In this document: piece by piece, positions 59,087-64,000 of the stretch
How positions within the stretch are numbered: the first letter of the stretch is position 1
Layout of the letters: each line of letters opens with the position of its first letter
Assembly: GCA_902777645.1 (NCBI GenBank)
Contig: CACYUZ010000014.1
Span: 1,296-65,295 of the forward strand
Direction: 5' to 3'
DNA: 64,000 nucleotides
Source: an uncultured Prevotellaceae bacterium
GTDB lineage: Bacteria > Bacteroidota > Bacteroidia > Bacteroidales > Bacteroidaceae
Program-made: the position numbers and the translations under genes
The notes under the pieces: generated by a model
The model's input: the letters and a program-made list of their open reading frames with translations, nothing else
Database searches by the model: none
What the model was told of the DNA's origin: nothing

Positions 59087-60544
59087 ATGATCAACTTCAA
59101 GATTATATACAAAATCATCGGCACGCTGCTCTTCATCGAGGCGGCCATGATGATGTGGTGTCTTGGCCTCTCCATCTACCTGCACGAGAAAGACATGCTG
59201 GCCTTTCTTATCTCCATCGCAGTGACCGTGCTGGGCGGCGTGGGATTCCGACGCCTGGGCCGCGGCGACGACAGAACACTGGGCCGCCGCGAGGCATATC
59301 TGCTGGTCACCCTCACTTGGATTATCTTCAGTCTGTTCGGCTCGCTGCCCTTCATGCTGAGCGGCACCATCACCAATTTCACCGATGCTTACTTCGAGAC
59401 CATCTCCGGCTTCACCACCACCGGCTGCAGCATCATCGACGATGTGGAGGTGCTGCCCCATGCCACGCTCTTCTGGCGCACCATGACCCAGTGGATAGGC
59501 GGATTGGGAATCGTGTTCTTCACCATCGCCATCATCCCCTCGCTCGTGGGCGGCAACGTGAAGGTGTTCTCGGCCGAGGCCACCGGTCCCATACGCGCCA
59601 AGATGCACCCCCGCCTGGGCACCACGGCCAAGTGGATATGGAGCATCTACTTCCTGCTCACCATTGGCTGCGCCGTCTGTTACTACCTGGCCGGCATGGG
59701 ACTCTTCGACTGTCTCAACTATGCCATGACCACCACGGCCACGGGCGGCTTCTCCACCCACAATGCCAGCACCGGCTATTTCCACAACCCCTATATCGAC
59801 TACACGGCCATCGTGTTCATGTTTCTCTCGGGCACCAGTTTCACCTTGCTCTACACCACGCTCTTCAAAGGCCGCATACGTCAGTTTGTAAAGAACACGG
59901 AGTTCCGTTTCTACCTCTTCGCGGTGTTGGGCGCGGCCCTGCTCATCACCATCGTGCTGTGCCACGAGAACGGCTATCATCCCATCGACGCCATCCGCGT
60001 GAGCCTCTTCCAAGTCACCTCGATGATTACCACCACCGGCATCTTCAACGACGATGCCGCCAAGTGGCACCACATCACCTGGGTCATCCTGAGCTTCTGC
60101 ATGTTCCTGGGGGGCTGCTCGGGCTCTACGAGCGGCGGTTTCAAGAGCATACGCATGGTGATGCTGCTCAACATCCTGCGCAACGAGATAAAGCGCATCC
60201 TGCACCCCAGGGCCGTGCTGCCCGTGAAGGTGAACGACAACACCATCTCCTACTCCTACCAGGTGTCGCTGCTGGCCTTCTTCACCGCCTATACGCTGCT
60301 GTGCCTCATCACTTACTTCTGCATGATCCTGACGGGGGTTGACAGCACCAACTCCATCACCATCGCCCTGAGCTGCGCCAGCAACGTGGGTCCCACCCTG
60401 AGTCTGGACATCGGTCCCTCTATGTCGTGGGCCGTGCTGCCCGCCACCGTGAAGTGGCTGCTCTCGCTGCTCATGCTCATGGGCCGTCTGGAAATCTTCA
60501 CCGTGGTGGTGCTCTTCACCACCTCATTCTGGAAAGAAAATTAG
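59087..60544 (+). CDS. trkH: TrkH-family potassium transporter membrane subunit
   Basis: 485-aa polytopic membrane protein with repeated pore-loop-like segments (TTTGCSIID, TATGGFSTHN, TTTGIFNDD, GCSGSTSGGFK). Ends in TAG. Confidence 0.9.
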   Translation: MINFKIIYKIIGTLLFIEAAMMMWCLGLSIYLHEKDMLAFLISIAVTVLGGVGFRRLGRGDDRTLGRREAYLLVTLTWIIFSLFGSLPFMLSGTITNFTDAYFETISGFTTTGCSIIDDVEVLPHATLFWRTMTQWIGGLGIVFFTIAIIPSLVGGNVKVFSAEATGPIRAKMHPRLGTTAKWIWSIYFLLTIGCAVCYYLAGMGLFDCLNYAMTTTATGGFSTHNASTGYFHNPYIDYTAIVFMFLSGTSFTLLYTTLFKGRIRQFVKNTEFRFYLFAVLGAALLITIVLCHENGYHPIDAIRVSLFQVTSMITTTGIFNDDAAKWHHITWVILSFCMFLGGCSGSTSGGFKSIRMVMLLNILRNEIKRILHPRAVLPVKVNDNTISYSYQVSLLAFFTAYTLLCLITYFCMILTGVDSTNSITIALSCASNVGPTLSLDIGPSMSWAVLPATVKWLLSLLMLMGRLEIFTVVVLFTTSFWKEN

Positions 60545-60587
60545 CCGGCATGCTACCGGAATATAAACTGTATACAAACCAAAAGAA

Positions 60588-61550
60588 ATGCAACCTTTAA
60601 CATTTGAACCGCTGCTCGTATCTACCATCTGGGGCGGCGACAAAATCATTCCTTTCAAACAGCTGCACACCGACCAGAAACAGGTGGGCGAGAGTTGGGA
60701 AATCTCCGGCGTGGAGGGCAGTGAGACCGTTGTGGCCGAAGGCCCCTACAAAGGCAGGCATCTGAACGAACTGGTGAAAGAGCTGAAAGGCCAGCTCGTG
60801 GGCCAGGACAACTACCGCCGCTTCGGCGACGAGTTTCCGCTGCTCATCAAGTTTATCGATGCCCAGCGCGACCTCTCCATCCAGGTGCATCCCAGCGACG
60901 AGATAGCCCGCCGCCAGGGCAAGCACCGCGGCAAGACGGAGATGTGGTACATCATGAAGTCGGACCCCAAGGCCCATCTGCACGCCGGACTGAAAAAAGC
61001 CATCACCCCCGAGCAGTACAAGCAGATGGTGGCCGACGACACCATCGTCGACGCCATAGCCGACTATGAGGTGCACGAGGGCGACTGCTTCTTCCTGCCC
61101 GCCGGCCGCATACACAGCATCGGCGCCGGCTGCTTCCTGGCCGAGATACAGCAGACGAGCGACGTGACCTACCGCATCTACGACTTCAAACGCAAGGATG
61201 CCAACGGCCACTACCGCGAGCTGCACACCGACCTGGCCGCCGAGTGCATCGACTACCGTGTGCAGTCCGACTACCGCACGGAGTATGTGCCGATGAAGAA
61301 CGAGGGAGTGTCGCTGGTACACTGCGACTATTTCCACACGGCCGTGTACGACCTCAACGAGCCCATGCTGCTCGACTACAGCGAGCTCGACAGCTTCGTG
61401 ATTCTCGTGACGCTCGAGGGCGAGGGAAAGGCGGTGGACAATGAGGGCAACGAGACGCTGCTCCGTGCCGGCAGCACCCTGCTGGTGCCGGCCAGCACGC
61501 AAAGCCTGCAGATTACGGGCACTGTAAAATTTCTGGAGACCTACGTTTAG
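60588..61550 (+). CDS. manA: Type I mannose-6-phosphate isomerase
   Basis: 320 aa. Cupin metal-site motifs LSIQVHPSD, KTEMWYIM and GRIHSIGAG. Ends in TAG. Confidence 0.85.
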   Translation: MQPLTFEPLLVSTIWGGDKIIPFKQLHTDQKQVGESWEISGVEGSETVVAEGPYKGRHLNELVKELKGQLVGQDNYRRFGDEFPLLIKFIDAQRDLSIQVHPSDEIARRQGKHRGKTEMWYIMKSDPKAHLHAGLKKAITPEQYKQMVADDTIVDAIADYEVHEGDCFFLPAGRIHSIGAGCFLAEIQQTSDVTYRIYDFKRKDANGHYRELHTDLAAECIDYRVQSDYRTEYVPMKNEGVSLVHCDYFHTAVYDLNEPMLLDYSELDSFVILVTLEGEGKAVDNEGNETLLRAGSTLLVPASTQSLQITGTVKFLETYV

Positions 61551-61572
61551 CCCAAACGGGCCAAACTACCGG

Positions 61573-62622
61573 TCATTGCTGAGGCTCCTGCTTCTGCTCC
61601 GTCACTGTGGCGGCAGAGGCGGGAGTCTTCATTTGGTCGAGATAATGCTGGATGTCGCGCTGCAGCTGCTTGTACTGCGGCGAGCGCTGGAAGCCGGTGT
61701 TCTTGCGCAGCATGGCGAGCGACGACTCGATGCTGTGCTGATAGCACGACAGCTCGTTCTGCATCTGTGTGGCGTGGATAGCCTTGCTGCGTATCTCCAC
61801 CTCGCGCTCACGGCGCAGGGTGTCGCACACCTTCTGCACGGCGGGCTGCACCACGGTCTCGAAGAGGTGGTGACCCTGTATGTAGAGATAGGTGTTCTCC
61901 GGTGTCACGCCCAGGCTCTTCACCTCCTCCTTCAGCGCCAGATAGGTCTCCTTGGCGTCGGGATTGTCCTGCTGCAGCTCCATCACCTTGCGGTTGGCCT
62001 TCCGTTTCACCTTGGCGATGAGCTCGGGCGCCGCCTTGATGGTGAAGTGGCCCGGCACCACGACCTTGTTGAACTCGGCTATGTTGAAACTGCCGTTGCC
62101 GGGATAGCGATGATACCAGATGCTCCACACGAAGAGCGAGAAGATGGCCTTGGAGTAGAGCAGCAGGTAGGTTTCGAAGTCGAAGATGGAGCGGTCGTTG
62201 AGAGTAGCCATCACGCAAACCTCGTGGAGCGAGGGCGCATAGCATTGGTAGTTCTCTATGGCATAGACATAGGTATGAAACACATAGGGGCTCTCCAGCA
62301 CCTTGCGCGAGAGCGCTGTGCTGCCCTGCAGCAGGTAGTCGTAGTCAGCGTCGACGCAGGCTATCATGTCCTCGCCCACGTGCTCGCCGATGAAGTTCAT
62401 GAGCACCTGTTTCTTGCCCTTCGAGAGATTCACCTTCGAGGGCAGCATCACCTCGAAGTAGCGCGTCTCGTCCTCGAAATCACCCAGCACGGTGCGCCAG
62501 AAGAACACATCGTCGTAGCTCTCCACATAGGCTACGATGCGTCTTCGGGCTTTCTTCGACCGGAGGCTGTTGGCCGCGCTGAACCAGTCGGACGAGAGGT
62601 TGTCCTTCAGTCTCTTGCTCAT
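61573..62622 (-). CDS. DUF4435 (TOPRIM/OLD-nuclease-like) protein, AriB-like
   Basis: 349 aa. The motifs IVAYVESYDDVFFW, ACVDADYDYLL (DxD) and VYAIENYQC fit the DUF4435/TOPRIM signature as I remember it. The start lies 3 nt after the ATPase stop. Confidence 0.7.
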   Translation of the reverse strand: MSKRLKDNLSSDWFSAANSLRSKKARRRIVAYVESYDDVFFWRTVLGDFEDETRYFEVMLPSKVNLSKGKKQVLMNFIGEHVGEDMIACVDADYDYLLQGSTALSRKVLESPYVFHTYVYAIENYQCYAPSLHEVCVMATLNDRSIFDFETYLLLYSKAIFSLFVWSIWYHRYPGNGSFNIAEFNKVVVPGHFTIKAAPELIAKVKRKANRKVMELQQDNPDAKETYLALKEEVKSLGVTPENTYLYIQGHHLFETVVQPAVQKVCDTLRREREVEIRSKAIHATQMQNELSCYQHSIESSLAMLRKNTGFQRSPQYKQLQRDIQHYLDQMKTPASAATVTEQKQEPQQ

Positions 62623-62625
62623 GTA

Positions 62626-63468
62626 TTAGAATCTGTCAGTGATGTCCGACACCTCCGTCACCCGGTCTATCCATCCGTTCATGATCATGGCCGGCGAGTG
62701 GGTGGTGAGTATCAGCTGCACGTTGGGGTTCAGCTCCAGCACCATGTCGATGAGTTTCTTCTGCCACTCTATGTGCAGGCTCACCTCCGGCTCGTCCATG
62801 AAGAGCACATAGTGCTCCTGGTCTTCCACGAGCACGGTGAGCAGGATGGCCAGTATCTGCTTCTCGCCGCTCGAGAGCTGATAGGGCACCAGCGTCTCGC
62901 CTATCTGCGTGAAGCGTATCTCATTCTCCGTGCGGATAATCTTCTTGCCCGTGTCCTCAAACAGCTCGTCCATCATGTCCTGGAAGCGCTGTTTGGGCTT
63001 GGAGAGCGCCTGCGCCTTCTGCGCGGCGTCGGGTCCGCCCTCCTGCAGCACCCCGATGATGCGGTTGCCGATGTTCACCTGGTAGTCGAGGTACTTGCGC
63101 TGCAACTGGAAGAGCTGCCAGTCGAGCTCCGTGGCCAGGCTGAGGTCCATGCGGCTCATGGCGTCGAGGTTGATGAGGGGCCGGTCGAACGACCTGATCA
63201 CGTCGTAGCGTATCCACTTGGCCTCGCTGGGCGACACCTTCAGGTGCACGCCCTTGAGCATGTGGCTGTGGTACTCGCCTCCTGCCGCGAGGCCCTTCAC
63301 CACCTTGTTGATGATGGTACTCTTGCCCTGTCCGTTGGTGCCGCTCAGGATGTTCACACGGCGGTCCAGGTTCCACACGATGTGGCGGCGTCCGCTCCAC
63401 AGCGAGTCAATCTCAATCTGTTCTATGTAGTCGGCGTATTTCTGCATGGTAGTAATCGTTAACTTCAC
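62626..63468 (-). CDS. Small ABC/SMC-type ATPase (AAA_21/AAA_15-like), AriA-like
   Basis: Walker A ILSGTNGQGKST, ABC signature LSSGEKQ, Walker B VLFMDEPEVSLH, and H-loop LTTHSP. The track start at 63468 is GTG and overlaps a -7 box. The ATG at 63447 (MQKYADY) is the more likely start. Confidence 0.8.
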   Translation of the reverse strand: MKLTITTMQKYADYIEQIEIDSLWSGRRHIVWNLDRRVNILSGTNGQGKSTIINKVVKGLAAGGEYHSHMLKGVHLKVSPSEAKWIRYDVIRSFDRPLINLDAMSRMDLSLATELDWQLFQLQRKYLDYQVNIGNRIIGVLQEGGPDAAQKAQALSKPKQRFQDMMDELFEDTGKKIIRTENEIRFTQIGETLVPYQLSSGEKQILAILLTVLVEDQEHYVLFMDEPEVSLHIEWQKKLIDMVLELNPNVQLILTTHSPAMIMNGWIDRVTEVSDITDRF

Positions 63469-63475
63469 AAAGGTA
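63468..63475 (-). promoter_or_regulatory. -7 promoter box (TACCTTTG on the minus strand) for the ATPase/DUF4435 operon
   Basis: Plus-strand CAAAGGTA, about 20 nt upstream of the ATG at 63447. Confidence 0.4.
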
Positions 63476-63548
63476 ATATTTTCTTTCTTTTTTTCAAATA
63501 ATATCCATATTTTTTAAGACTTGAGACCAAAAATAGGCAACAAAACAG

Positions 63549-63556
63549 TACTTTTG
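63549..63556 (+). promoter_or_regulatory. -7 promoter box (TACTTTTG) upstream of the EamA transporter gene
   Basis: Matches TAnnTTTG, 28 nt upstream of the ATG at 63584. Confidence 0.5.
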
Positions 63557-63583
63557 CAGCACAAAAGCAACAAGGTAGAAAGA

Positions 63584-64000
63584 ATGAAACAAAACCGCCC
63601 CCTTATAGCCCATCTGTGCATGTTTATGGCCTGCGCCTTCTGGGGACTGATGGCCCCGCTGGGCAAGGATGCCATGACCCACGGCATCGACGGCATCGAC
63701 ATGGTCACCTTCCGCGTGGTGGGCGGCTGTCTGCTCTTCTGGCTCACGGCACCCTTTGTGAAGCACGAGCGGGTGCCCTGGCAGGACCGCCTGCGCTTTG
63801 CCGGCGCCGGACTGCTCGGTCTGGTCACCAACCAGTGCTGCTACACCATCGGGCTGAGCCTCACCTCGCCCATCAACGCCAGCATCGTGACCACCTCCAT
63901 GCCCATCTTCGCCATGGTGCTGGCCGCTCTCATTCTGAAGGAGCCCATCACGGCCAAGAAGGCGCTCGGAGTGGCCATCGGCTGTTGCGGCGCCGTCACG
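63584..64000 (+). CDS. EamA/DMT-family transporter (5' part; continues beyond the window)
   Basis: My translation from the ATG at 63584 is open for 139 codons to the window end. It reads MKQNRPLIAHLCMFMACAFWGLMAPLGKDAM...MPIFAMVLAALILKEPITAKKALGVAIGCCGAV, a typical EamA repeat. It is not in the ORF track because it has no stop in the window. Confidence 0.75.
   Translation, partial: MKQNRPLIAHLCMFMACAFWGLMAPLGKDAMTHGIDGIDMVTFRVVGGCLLFWLTAPFVKHERVPWQDRLRFAGAGLLGLVTNQCCYTIGLSLTSPINASIVTTSMPIFAMVLAALILKEPITAKKALGVAIGCCGAVT

Noticed and set aside
56088-63462. Several very long antisense ORFs: 56088..57713 (-), 57884..60205 (-), 60597..61502 (-) and 61576..63462 (+)
   Set aside because: Same reasoning as above. 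They lie antisense to dxs, trkA/trkH, manA and the ATPase/DUF4435 pair, all of which carry strong family motifs. The antisense translations are repetitive and rich in Gly/His/Val/Ala/Leu.

Overview
This is a 64-kb chromosomal segment from a high-GC genome, roughly 60% or more by spot counts. It looks like Bacteroidota/Bacteroidales: a SusC/SusD pair, the T9SS translocon SprA plus two cargo proteins with T9SS C-terminal sorting domains, a ddh-type lysine pathway, and TAnnTTTG -7 promoter boxes upstream of many genes. I call about 38 protein-coding genes. By eye I found no rRNA, tRNA, CRISPR array, transposase or integrase.

Most of the window is housekeeping:
- nadB; a thioesterase-menF-menD block
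- the hut operon ftcD-hutU-hutH-hutI
- ruvA-sprA, ddh, SusC/SusD, pepC
- dxs-trkA-trkH-manA
- C69 dipeptidase and a GH5 glycosidase

Items worth a second look:
1. A visibly AT-rich five-gene operon at 21571-28955 with overlapping genes. It encodes a stand-alone NRPS-like A-T-R enzyme, an AsnB-type amidotransferase, a SAM methyltransferase, an MDR dehydrogenase and a NadR-like nucleotidyltransferase/kinase. I read it as an orphan, probably horizontally acquired biosynthetic cluster.
2. A compact ABC-type ATPase plus DUF4435/TOPRIM gene pair at 61573-63468, which resembles the PARIS (AriA/AriB) anti-phage architecture.
3. A head-to-head pair of giant nuclease-helicases at 1-8292. One is a WRN-like DEDD-exonuclease/RecQ/UvrD triple fusion, broken by a single in-frame TAG exactly at the invariant Gln of RecQ motif I.
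4. A translationally coupled dynamin-like GTPase plus DUF697/YcjF-like membrane protein pair at 16626-19651.
5. A compositionally chimeric T9SS surface protein followed by a small acidic ORF at 54302-55612.

All functional calls rest on motif recognition by eye. No database search was run.
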